Origin: an uncultured Chloroflexia bacterium
GTDB lineage: Bacteria; Chloroflexota; Limnocylindria; Limnocylindrales; CSP1-4
Direction of reading: 5' to 3'
NCBI GenBank assembly: GCA_963712745.1
Contig: CAVQJC010000006.1
Coordinates: 128,001 to 192,000 of the forward strand
Length of the DNA: 64,000 nt
Made by a program: the position numbers and the translations under genes. The notes below the pieces were generated by a model. It saw nothing but the letters and a program-made list of their open reading frames with translations, did not search any database and had not been told where the DNA came from. Every line of letters starts with the position of its first letter. Position 1 is the stretch's first letter. Positions 31,275 to 41,608 of the stretch are shown piece by piece.

Positions 31275-32100
31275 CGGCGGACGCCATGCATCGGGATGGC
31301 CGCACGCAGGATGGTGCGGAAGTCCGGATGCGCCCTGTGGGTCAGGTCCAGCACCGGGCTCAATGTCGATGGGCGGACCGATGCCGGCCGACATCGTGGA
31401 CACGAACGTGAAGGCCACGACCTTCATGCCGGCGTGGTAGGCGGCCATGACCTCCGGCAGGAACGAGTTGGACGAGATCGAGCAGCCGGCCATCTGGGCC
31501 AGGCGGATCTCTGCCGGGGTCTCGAAGCTGGGCCCCATCCAGTAGCCGGCAACGCCGGTCGGGAGGGCGACGCCCGTGGCCTCGGCCGCCTGAGCGACCT
31601 TCTTCGTTAGCGTTGCTTCATACAGTTCCGCCATCGAGAGGTAGGGCGTATCCCAGCCGGCACCCTCACGCTCGGTAGCGAGCGGGTTGAAGCCGCTGAA
31701 GTTGAGGTGGTCAGAGAAGGCCAGGAACGACCCTGGCGGGACGTCCGCTCGCATCGAGCCGGAGTTGGCCGAGTACAGCAGCGTGCGGCAGCCCGCCCGT
31801 GCCAGCGATCGCGCCGGCAGGCCGCTCTCCTGCCAGGTGGCTCCGTCGCAGGGCAGGACCTTGGCCTTGACCGCGGCCACGGTCACGCCCGCCAGCTCGC
31901 CGACCTCGATCTCGTTGACGTGTTCAGGGATGGCGCTGGGGCGGAATCCGAGCTCCTCGAAGGGAAGGATGATGCGGTCCTCGAGCAGGTCGGTACAAGG
32001 GGCGAAGCCGGTGCGCACAGACCACGCCCACTTGCGGATCGCGGCCGGCGCGCTCGCGAATGAGGGCAGCCGCCCGGTCGGCGGCGGCGCGCGTGTCCAT
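31271..32100 (-). CDS. Divergent trimeric purine nucleoside phosphorylase-fold protein (frameshifts at ~32015 and ~31355)
   Basis: 'DHLN..GFNPL', 'GPSFETPAEIR', 'PEVMAAYHAGM' align with PNP. Several catalytic motifs are altered (see findings). Confidence 0.8.
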
Positions 32101-32202
32101 GGCCCACAGCATACGGGCGCGCCGAGGCGGCCGAGACGCCTTGCCGCCCTGGGTGCCGCGAACGTAGACTCGGAGGTGCCACCCCGTCCCAGGAGGTTCC
32201 TC

Positions 32203-33835
32203 GTGAGAAAGGCCCTACCGACCCTGCTGCTGAGCGTGCTGCTGGCAGCGGTCATGGCATCGTTCGCAGCCGTCGTCTCTGCCCAGTCCGAGCCTCAGCG
32301 TGGAGGACGGCTCGAGCTCATGGCGGCCAATGACCTGACCACGCTCGACAACAGCCAAGTCCTGGATCTCGACTACAACATGGTCGCCGGAGCCCTCTAC
32401 GAGGGGCTCTATCACTTCGACCCGCAGGGCCAGCTCGAGTCGGGCCTGGCCGACGGCATGCCCCGAGATCTCGGACGACGGGCTTATCTACACCTTCAAG
32501 ATCAAGCCGGGTGCGATGTTCGCCGGGCCCGACTTCGAGCCTCGCGAGGTGACGGCGGCCGACGTCGCCTACGGCATGACCCGGGCGCTCGACCCGGACC
32601 CGGTCGGCGCTCCGTATGCATCCTGGGGCGGCGGCTACCTCTTCCCCATCAAGGGCGCGGCCGAGTTCAACACCGGCGAGGCGGACGCTGTGGAGGGCAT
32701 CAAGGTCCTCGACGACCACACCCTGCAGGTCACGCTCACCGAGCCGGCCTCGACGTTCCTGCTGGGTCTCACCATCGCGACCAGCTGGCCGGTGCCGGAA
32801 GAAGCGGTGAAGGAACGCGGCGAGGGCTTCGCCAACCGCCCGGTCGGCGCCGGCCCGTTCTTCGTCAAGGAATGGAACAAGGGCTCCGACATCACCATCG
32901 CCCGCAACCCCGGCTACGTCGACCCCGACCTGCCCTACCTCGATGAGATCTTCGTCGACCTGGGCGTCGACGAGAACACCCAGAAGCTGCGCCTCGAGTC
33001 GGGCCAGGCGGACGGCGTCTTCGAGCAGTTCGCGCTGTCTCCCCAGTCGCTGCGTGAACTGCGCGATGTACCCACGCTGACGCTGGCCGAGTCGGTCGGT
33101 CCACGCATCTTCTACCTGGCTCTCAACAACGATGGCATCCTCAAGGACAAGGACCTGCGCCAGGCGGTGGCCCAGGCCATGACCACGGACTTCACCGTCC
33201 GCTTCGGCGGGCTGGCCAAGCCCTGGAACCAGCTCATGAGCTCGACCTCCGCGCAATCGGACCCGAACGGGACCATTACCTATGCTCACGACCCCGAGGC
33301 GAGCGGCGGCCCTTCTGGAGTCCGCCGGCTACGACGGAACGCCACTCAAGATCGTCTACGACGTGACCGACCCCTACACCACCCAGAACGCCTCCCAGCT
33401 GACGCAGGACCTGGAAGCCGTCGGCTTCGAGGTCGATGCTCAGGGGGCTGCAGAAGGTCGAGTTCTACAGCGCCATCCTTCGAGCCCGAGGCATTCGACA
33501 TCTCGTCGACCTACTGGAGCGCCGACTACCCCGACGCCCAGGACTTCATCTCCACCAACTTCATCTGCGACACGATCGGCGTCCTCAACATCTCGCGCTT
33601 CTGCGACGAGTCCATCGACAAGGCCTTCTTCGCCACCGAGCGCATGGACTTCGGCCCCAAGCGCGATGCCGCCCTGCGAGACGTCCAGCAGCGGCTCATC
33701 GACGAGCTGGCCGGGGTGCCGGTGATGGAGGTCACGCCGGTGGCCGTGTTCGGCGAGCGGGTCGGCGACATCCCCACGCTGGCCACCTACGCGCCCTTCG
33801 ACTGGAAGCGGGCCTGGGTGAAGGCCGACGCCTGA
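32203..33835 (+). CDS. Opp/Dpp-family ABC substrate-binding protein (frameshifts at ~32465, ~33300, ~33440, ~33480)
   Basis: RBS AGGAGG and signal peptide. 'YEGLY', 'YTFKIKPG', 'VTAADV', 'PVGAGPF', 'WSADYPD'. Confidence 0.88.
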
Positions 33836-33869
33836 TCCCGACGGGGCCTCACCCACGGCTTCACCATCC

Positions 33870-34831
<962 letters not shown>

Positions 34832-34835
<4 letters not shown>

Positions 34836-35689
34836 TCGGGCCCGTCCTCGCCCCGGCACGCGCGCCGGAGCCGACGCGATGGGGCCTGCGCATCGGCATC
34901 GGCCTGTTGATCGATGCTGGCCTTGCTCGTGGTGCTCTATCCGCTGGTGTCGTCCGTCGATCCCGACGTACGAGTCGGTCGCGGGCCTGACCGAGCTCGG
35001 CGAGCCCCTCGGCCCGGGCGCGGACGGCTATCCCCTGGGCACCGACCCCCGCGGCCGGGACATGCTCGCGCGGGTCATCCAGGCCGGCGGGCTGACCATG
35101 CTCACCGCGCTGTCGGCCGTCGCTCATCGCCACCCTGGCCGGCCTCGCCGTGGGCCTGCTGGCGGCCAACACCAGGCGCTTCGCGGGCTCGGTGCTGATG
35201 CGCTTCACGGACCTGGGCCTGGCCATCCCCGGCCTGCTGCTGGCGGCAGCCATCTCGACCATCCTGGGGCGGGGCACGCTCTCGCTCATCGTGGGTCTGG
35301 CCGCGGTCTTCTGGGCACCGATCGCGCGGGTGACCTACGGCCAGGCCGTGGTCCTGCGCGAGCGGGACTACGTGGAGGCCGCGCGCGTCATGGGCGGCGG
35401 GACCACGACGGTCATGCTGCGGCACATCCTGCCCCACCTGCTGCCGGTGGTCGGCGCCTACGCCGCACTGTCGGTCGGCTGGGCCGTGCTCTTCGAGTCG
35501 GCCCTGGGCTTCCTCGGAGCCGGCGTCCAGGAGCCGCAGGCGTCGATCGGCTCGATGCTCGGTCAGCACCTCATCTACTACCGCAGCCACCCCGCTCTCA
35601 TCGTCATCCCGGCCATCTTCCTGGCCGTGCTCGTCATGGCTGCCAACCTGGTGGGCGAGTCGCTGCGCACCCGCACCGAGGAGCGCTGA
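34832..35689 (+). CDS. Opp/Dpp permease, OppC-like (frameshifted)
   Basis: 'PLGTDPRGRDMLAR', 'YVEAARVMG', 'RHILPH', 'ESALGFLG'. Confidence 0.85.
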
Positions 35690-36609
35690 TGGGCTGGTAC
35701 ATCGGCCGGCGTCTGCTGGCAGCCTTGGTCACGGTCTGGATCGTGGCCACGGCCGGATTCCTGCTGGTCGAGATCATCCCCGGCGACCCGGCCCGGCAGC
35801 TGGCCGGCCCGAGCGCCTCGGCCGAGTCGCTGGCGGCCATCCGCGAGGCCTACGGCTTCGACGATCCGCTGCCGGTCCGCTACCTGGATTCTCTGGGCCG
35901 CATGGCGCGGGGCGACCTGGGTTACAGCTTCGCCAAGGCCGAACCGGTCAGGGACGTGCTCCTGCGCTCGCTGCCGCCGACGCTGCTGCTCACCGGCCTG
36001 GCCTTCCTGGTCGAGATCCTCATCGCCATCCCGCTTGCGCTGTGGGTGGTCAGCCGCGGCGGGCTGGCCGACCGCGTGCTGGTCATCGTGGCGGGCTTCA
36101 CGGCCGCCATCCCGGCCTTCCTGGTGGGCCTCCTGCTGATATACCTCTTCGCCTTCCGCTGGCGCATCTTCCCCCTGGGTGGCGCCGGCGAACCGGCTGC
36201 CTACGCGCTGCCCGTGATCACCCTGGGCATTCCCTTCGGGCTGGTGTTGGCCCGGTTGCTGCGCACGTCCCTGCTCGAGCAGCAGAGCCAGCCCTACATC
36301 ACGTTCAGCTCAGCTCTCGGGGAGCGGCCGTGGTCGGTGCGCTGGCGGCATCTGCTGCCCAACGCGCTGCTGCCCCTGCTGTCGATCCTCGCGCTCGACT
36401 TCGCAGGCCTGTTCTCCAGCGTGGCCGTGGTCGAGGTGGCCTTCTCCATGCCCGGCCTCGGGGCCGACCTGCTGCTCGGCCTCAAGCGCCTCGACACCGC
36501 GCTCATCGTCGGCATCGGCATCGTGGCCGGCCTGCTCGTGGCCGTGGTGAACCTGCTGGCGGACGTGGCCGTCATCGCCATCGACCCGCGCGTCCGGCGC
36601 AGCGACTAG
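35689..36609 (+). CDS. Opp/Dpp permease, OppB-like
   Basis: 'IPGDPAR', 'GDLGYSF', 'RHLLPNALLP', 'VEVAFSMPGLG', 'IDPRVR'. Confidence 0.9.
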   Translation: MGWYIGRRLLAALVTVWIVATAGFLLVEIIPGDPARQLAGPSASAESLAAIREAYGFDDPLPVRYLDSLGRMARGDLGYSFAKAEPVRDVLLRSLPPTLLLTGLAFLVEILIAIPLALWVVSRGGLADRVLVIVAGFTAAIPAFLVGLLLIYLFAFRWRIFPLGGAGEPAAYALPVITLGIPFGLVLARLLRTSLLEQQSQPYITFSSALGERPWSVRWRHLLPNALLPLLSILALDFAGLFSSVAVVEVAFSMPGLGADLLLGLKRLDTALIVGIGIVAGLLVAVVNLLADVAVIAIDPRVRRSD

Positions 36610-36615
36610 CCCGAC

Positions 36616-37404
36616 CTAGCCGGACCGGTCGTGCAGCATCGCGGCCAGCAGCTCCTTCGTATAGGGCTCCCGCGGGTCCTCGAAGACCTCTTCACGCGTG
36701 CCCGTTTCCACGATCCGTCCGTCGCGCATGACCGAGACGCGATGCGCGATATGGCGGACCACCGCGAGGTCATGCGCGATGAACAGGTAGCTCAGGCCGC
36801 GCTCCGCCTGCAGGTCCATCAGCAGGTTGAGGATCTGGCCCTGGACCGAGACGTCGAGGGCGGACACCGGCTCGTCGCAGATGATGAGGTCGGGCTCCAG
36901 GGCCAGGGCCCTGGCGATGCCGACACGTTGCAGCTGCCCCCCGGAGAACGAGGACGGTCGACGGTCACCCAGGACCGGGTCGATACCGACCCGCTCCAGC
37001 AACTCGTCTGCACGGCGATGACGCTCATCGCGGTCATACAGCCGGTGGATGACCCAAGGCTCGGCCACGATGTCGCGGACCCGGAAGCGCGGGTCGACCG
37101 AGGAGAACGGGTCCTGATAGATCAGCTGCATGTGCCGCCGCATCCGACGCAACGCAGCACCCTCCAGAGCGAAGAGGTCCTCACCGCGGAACGTGGCGGT
37201 ACCGGCATCGGGCTCGAGCAGCCGCAAGAGGATGCGTCCGGTGGTGGACTTGCCAGAACCCGACTCACCGACCAGGCCATGCGTCTGGCCCGCATCGACG
37301 CGGACGTCCACGTTCTGCACCGCGCGCACGACGCGCCGTTTCCTTCCCCGGCCGCTGGCGAACGCCTTGGAGAGGCCGCGCGCGTCAAGCAGTAGCTCAC
37401 CCAT
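36616..37404 (-). CDS. Opp/Dpp ABC ATPase, OppF-like, convergent on the permease operon
   Basis: GESGSGKST, 'QDPFSS', FSGGQLQR, 'DEPVSALDVS', 'HDLAVV'. Confidence 0.9.
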   Translation of the reverse strand: MGELLLDARGLSKAFASGRGRKRRVVRAVQNVDVRVDAGQTHGLVGESGSGKSTTGRILLRLLEPDAGTATFRGEDLFALEGAALRRMRRHMQLIYQDPFSSVDPRFRVRDIVAEPWVIHRLYDRDERHRRADELLERVGIDPVLGDRRPSSFSGGQLQRVGIARALALEPDLIICDEPVSALDVSVQGQILNLLMDLQAERGLSYLFIAHDLAVVRHIAHRVSVMRDGRIVETGTREEVFEDPREPYTKELLAAMLHDRSG

Positions 37405-37616
37405 GCGTCGCAGCGTAGCGTCCCCAGGCCGCAGACAGGCCGGGCCGGCGAGCCGACCCGGGCAGATGGGACTCCCGATACCCAACGACCCGGTTGCACG
37501 GTGCTCGATCTCTTCAGCCCGCCCAGCAAGAAGACGGGGGTCGATCGGACCTAGCCCCGATGGCAGGCCACGCGGCCGTCACCGCTGACGATCAGAGCGA
37601 GCCTGCCGCCCCTCTG

Positions 37617-37889
37617 TCAGGACGTCGCCGCGTCGTCGGCTTCCCCCTCCACGTCGATGGAGACGAGGCGAAGGTCGGTCGGCTCGTCGGTCTCGGTGAG
37701 ATGGAGTACGGCACCCTCGGCTGGCGTGCCAGTGGCGTGCTGTTCCCAGTGGAAGCGGAGGGCGTCCTCGGAGACGCGGGCCAGCGCTCCGGCCTCGAGA
37801 TAGACCGAGGTGACGCGAGCGGCCCCGGCCCCCGCGGCTTCTTCCACGACGATGTCCAGGATGCGGTCGACGATGCCGGCTTCGTGCAC
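37617..37889 (-). CDS. hypA: HypA-like nickel metallochaperone lacking the Zn finger
   Basis: N-terminal MHE, 'LEAGALARVSEDALRF', 'GTPAEGAVL', C-terminal 'LRLVSIDVE'. Contains no cysteine. Confidence 0.8.
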   Translation of the reverse strand: MHEAGIVDRILDIVVEEAAGAGAARVTSVYLEAGALARVSEDALRFHWEQHATGTPAEGAVLHLTETDEPTDLRLVSIDVEGEADDAATS

Positions 37890-37996
37890 GTGTACCTCCG
37901 AGAGCGGATGGATGGGGCCGGGCAGGGGCCCTTGTCAGCCGAGAGTCTCGCTGATTGACACCCGGATCGCCTCTGCCGCTGCCCGAGGCGAGGGCC

Positions 37997-38596
37997 TCAG
38001 GCGGGCACCGCCGCCTTGCCCTCGATCAGGGCCATGGCCCTGTCCACCACCTCGGGCACCGCCGCCTCCACGAGCTCGGTCATACCTCCGCCTACGGTCC
38101 AGTAGTCCCCCGCCTCGACGGCCACGATGACCAGGTCAGCCGGCACCTCCAGGCCAAGAGCACGGGCCACATCGAGCGTCTCCAGGATCCCGATGTAGTG
38201 AGGCGAGGAGCCTCGAGGACCATCGAGGTCGCTCTCCTTCAGCTCAAGCACCGTGCCCGGGTCAGCCGCCCCGGTGACGACTGAATCGATGATGATGAGC
38301 CTGGAAGCCCCCACGACCGCGTCGAGCAGGTACATGCCGGTCAGGGCAGTCTCCACGAGCTCGACCCTCCCGACCCGTGGGAGTGCGAAGGCGCGCACCG
38401 TCAACGCCGGGTCGACCGCGTCCTTCGGATCGGCCGGCGTTCCGGCGAGAGCGAGACGTCCGATGAGCGCGCGAGCCGCGACGATGCCCACGCCATCATC
38501 CGAGATCAGCTCGTTGCCCAGGCACAGTACCCGGGTAGACCCACCGACGGCACCGCTCCGCTCGGCGGTGCCGTTACTCGCGGTGGAGACTTCCAT
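37997..38596 (-). CDS. Hydrogenase maturation endopeptidase
   Basis: 'LCLGNELISDDGVG', 'IIIDS', 'SSPH'. Directly downstream of the large subunit gene. Confidence 0.88.
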   Translation of the reverse strand: MEVSTASNGTAERSGAVGGSTRVLCLGNELISDDGVGIVAARALIGRLALAGTPADPKDAVDPALTVRAFALPRVGRVELVETALTGMYLLDAVVGASRLIIIDSVVTGAADPGTVLELKESDLDGPRGSSPHYIGILETLDVARALGLEVPADLVIVAVEAGDYWTVGGGMTELVEAAVPEVVDRAMALIEGKAAVPA

Positions 38597-40127
38597 CGGA
38601 GTCGCGGCGGAGCAACGAGACTGGCTCGCCGTCCGAGCCCCGCACCGCCACGATCAGCGGCATGCTCCCAGGAAGGGAGTGAGTGGCACAGGCATGGCAG
38701 GGGTCGTACGCACGGAAGGCCATCTCCACCTTGTTGAGGATGCCCTCGGACACCGTCCCCTTCGAGATCAGCCCCTCTGCCGCCTTCTGCACGCTCATCG
38801 CGATGCGCGCCGAATTGTTCTGAGTTGCGACGATCAGGTTGGCCTTCTCGATGATGCCGCGAGAGTCGGTGACGTAGTGATGGAAGAGTGTGCCGCGAGG
38901 CGCTTCCACCACCCCGACACCCTCGTGCGGCGTCTTGGTGGGCAGGGTACGAACCTCCGGGTCGACGAGCTCCGGGTCGTCAGCCAGCTCCTTGAGGCGC
39001 TCCGCCGCGTAGAGCAGTTCCACGACCCGGGCCCAGTGGTTGGCCAGGGTATGGTGCACCGGCTTGCCGCCGAGCGTGGAGTACATCTCCTCGTACGCCT
39101 CCTGGGCCAGCGGAGTGGCCATGGCGTCAGCGGCATTCAGCCGGGCCAGAGGTGCGACCGAGTAGATGCCGCTCTCAGGACCTTCGGTGAAGCCGTTCCA
39201 GCCCACCGGCTTGAGGTAGCAGAACTTGGTGTATGACCAGGGCTCGACATGCTCCGCCACGATGTCGAGGTAGTCGGCGGCGTCGAAGGTCCTCCATTCG
39301 CTACCCTCGGGACTGACCACGCGGATGCGCCCGTCGTAGAAGTTGGGCCGCACCTGCTCGTCCATGAGTCCCATGTAGTAGGTGCGGTGGGTATAGGCGT
39401 CGGAGACGATCAGGTCGACGTATGCCGGGTTGGCCAGCACGACCGAGTGGAAGAGGTCCAGGGTAAAGCGAGCGAAATCCACCGCATCCGCGGCCGTCTC
39501 CTTGATCTGTGCCTGGTCCTCCGCCGTGACGCGCTTGGCGACGCCCCCCGGCAGCCCGAGGACAGGGTGGATGACCTTCCCGCCCGTCATGGAGATGATC
39601 TCCCGCAGGCGGCGTCGCATGGAGATCACCTTCAGCCCGGCCTCTTCGCCCACGGTGGCGATGACGCCGAGGACGTTGCGTTGGGCGGCTGGCGCCTCCG
39701 GGCCCACGACGAAGTCGGGACCGCCGAGGAAGTAGAAGTGCAGCGCGTGGTCCTCGACCATGAATGCCGAGTAGACGAGCTCGCGAATCTTCTTGGCCGC
39801 CGGCGGTGGCTCTACCTGGTAGAGCGCGTCGAGCGCCTTGGTGGCCGCCATGTGATGCGCCGTCGGGCAGACACCGCAGATGCGGGAGGTGATCTGGGGC
39901 ATGTCCTCGGCAGGGCGGCCCTGGGCGAACTTCTCGAACCCACGCAACTCCGGGACCTGGAAGTAGGCACGATCCACGTCCCCCGCCTCGTCGAGGAAGA
40001 TGTCGATCTTGCCGTGCCCTTCGAGGCGGGTGATGGGATCGATGGTGATGCGGCGTCGGGCGTAGGCAGTCTGGGCCCCCTGGGAACCTCGCTGCCATGC
40101 TTCCTGGGTGGTCATCTCATCGGGCAT
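38574..40127 (-). CDS. mvhA: [NiFe] hydrogenase large subunit, Mvh/group 3c type
   Basis: 'TRLEGH', L1 'SRICGVCPTAHH', 'EAPRG', L2 'RAYDPCHACATH' followed by a cleavable C-terminal extension. Confidence 0.93.
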   Translation of the reverse strand: MPDEMTTQEAWQRGSQGAQTAYARRRITIDPITRLEGHGKIDIFLDEAGDVDRAYFQVPELRGFEKFAQGRPAEDMPQITSRICGVCPTAHHMAATKALDALYQVEPPPAAKKIRELVYSAFMVEDHALHFYFLGGPDFVVGPEAPAAQRNVLGVIATVGEEAGLKVISMRRRLREIISMTGGKVIHPVLGLPGGVAKRVTAEDQAQIKETAADAVDFARFTLDLFHSVVLANPAYVDLIVSDAYTHRTYYMGLMDEQVRPNFYDGRIRVVSPEGSEWRTFDAADYLDIVAEHVEPWSYTKFCYLKPVGWNGFTEGPESGIYSVAPLARLNAADAMATPLAQEAYEEMYSTLGGKPVHHTLANHWARVVELLYAAERLKELADDPELVDPEVRTLPTKTPHEGVGVVEAPRGTLFHHYVTDSRGIIEKANLIVATQNNSARIAMSVQKAAEGLISKGTVSEGILNKVEMAFRAYDPCHACATHSLPGSMPLIVAVRGSDGEPVSLLRRDSDGSLHRE

Positions 40128-40140
40128 GTCTCTGGGCTCC

Positions 40141-41123
40141 TCAGGCGTCGACGGGAGTCATCTTGCGCCGGCGCAGCAGTGAACTGGCCAGGCCATAGCG
40201 GTAGAACGTGCCGATGGGGTCAGGGATGCTGTCGAGGGCGGAGTCGATATCCTCGTCCTCGAGGGCCGAGAGCATCGAAGCCACGGCCGACAGGTACTTG
40301 CCACCCTGGTCGTGCACCCTGCTGGTGGGACCGAAGCAGCCGGTACAGGGCATGTTCCCGTTGATGCACAGCTGGCCGCAGCCCGCCCTGGTGGCCGGTC
40401 CCATGCACAACAAACCCTGGGCCAGCAGGCAGGTCTCCTCGTCGATGAGGACCTCGTGGGGACGCAGGAAGCGCTCCAGGCTCAGGTCCTGCGGCTTGGA
40501 CTCGAGGCGGGGGCACTCCTCGCACAGGGAGATGTCTGGCGTCAGGACCGTCCCCGCGGGCGGCAGGTCGCCGCTCAGCAGCGTCTGGACCGCATCGGCG
40601 ATGACGTTCGGCGTGGGCGCGCAGCCCGGGATGTAGTAGTCCACCGACGTGACCTGGTCGAGGACCTGGACCGTTTGGTAGAAGCCGGGGAGGGTCAGCG
40701 TACTCGCCGTTGTGCGGCGTCTTGACCGACGGCAGGACGCCGTCCGGATTGTCGGTCGACGACGTTGTCGAGGTAGACGGCCTGGAAGATGTCATCCCGG
40801 TCCCACAGGTTGGCGAGGGCAGGGATGCCACCGAGATGGGCGCAGGAGCCGAAGGCCACCAGCACCTTCGATTTCCGCCGCAGCAGGTGGGCCATCTCCT
40901 CCTGCTCGGTGGTGCGGATGGAGCCGTTCACGAAGGCGGCCAGGATGGACCCGTCCTCCATGGCCTCCACATCGGCCTTCTTGAAGTCAAGTGCCACCGG
41001 CCAGAAGACGATGTCGACCGCGGCGACCACGTCGAGGATCTGCTCGGCGAGGTCAACGATGGCCTCTTCGCAGCCCCCGCATGAGGAGCACCAGTAGAAG
41101 GCGACCTTCGGCTTGTCGCTCAT
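40141..41123 (-). CDS. mvhG: [NiFe] hydrogenase small subunit (frameshifts at ~40700-40760)
   Basis: 'WCSSCGGC', 'AFGSCAHLGGI', 'IPGCAP', 'CEECP', 'CLLAQGLLCMGPATRAGC...C...PCTGC'. Confidence 0.9.
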
Positions 41124-41608
41124 GCCGTCACCTCCGCCAGCTCTGCGACTTCGGAGAACTCCTCGGCCGGCACTTCCACGTGCAGCGGCCCGAGCTCGTT
41201 CAGGTGCTCCACCATGTCGTTCATCACGTCGCGCAGCTTGTCGGCCTCGGCGGCGGAGATCCACTCGAGGCGGATGCGTTCCTCCTCGATGCCCATGCCC
41301 ACCAGGACCCGCTTCAGCAGCCGGAAGCGGCGCGCCGCCTTGTGGTTGCCCGACTGGTAGTGGCAGTCGCCGAAGTGGCAGCCGCCGATGAGCACGCCGT
41401 CGGCACCGTTGGCGAACGCTTCCATGACGAACTGGGGGTCGACCCGGCCGGAGCACATCACCCGGATGACCCGCGCGTTCGGTGCGTACTTCATGCGCGA
41501 GGTGCCGGCCAGGTCGGCCGCCAGGTAGGTGCACCAGTTGCAGAAGAAGGCGACGATCTTCGGCTCCCAGCCGGCGCCGTCCTGCGGCACTGCGTTCGGT
41601 TCAGACAT
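41120..41608 (-). CDS. mvhD: [2Fe-2S] hydrogenase/Hdr adaptor subunit
   Basis: 'FCNWCTY..AD.AG', 'RVMCSGRVD', 'GGCHFGDCHY', 'WISAAE'. Confidence 0.93.
   Translation of the reverse strand: MSEPNAVPQDGAGWEPKIVAFFCNWCTYLAADLAGTSRMKYAPNARVIRVMCSGRVDPQFVMEAFANGADGVLIGGCHFGDCHYQSGNHKAARRFRLLKRVLVGMGIEEERIRLEWISAAEADKLRDVMNDMVEHLNELGPLHVEVPAEEFSEVAELAEVTA

Noticed and set aside
37941-37970. Imperfect inverted repeat TGTCAGCCGAGAGTCTCGCTGATTGACA upstream of hypA
   Set aside because: It is irregular and single-copy, so an operator cannot be distinguished from chance.
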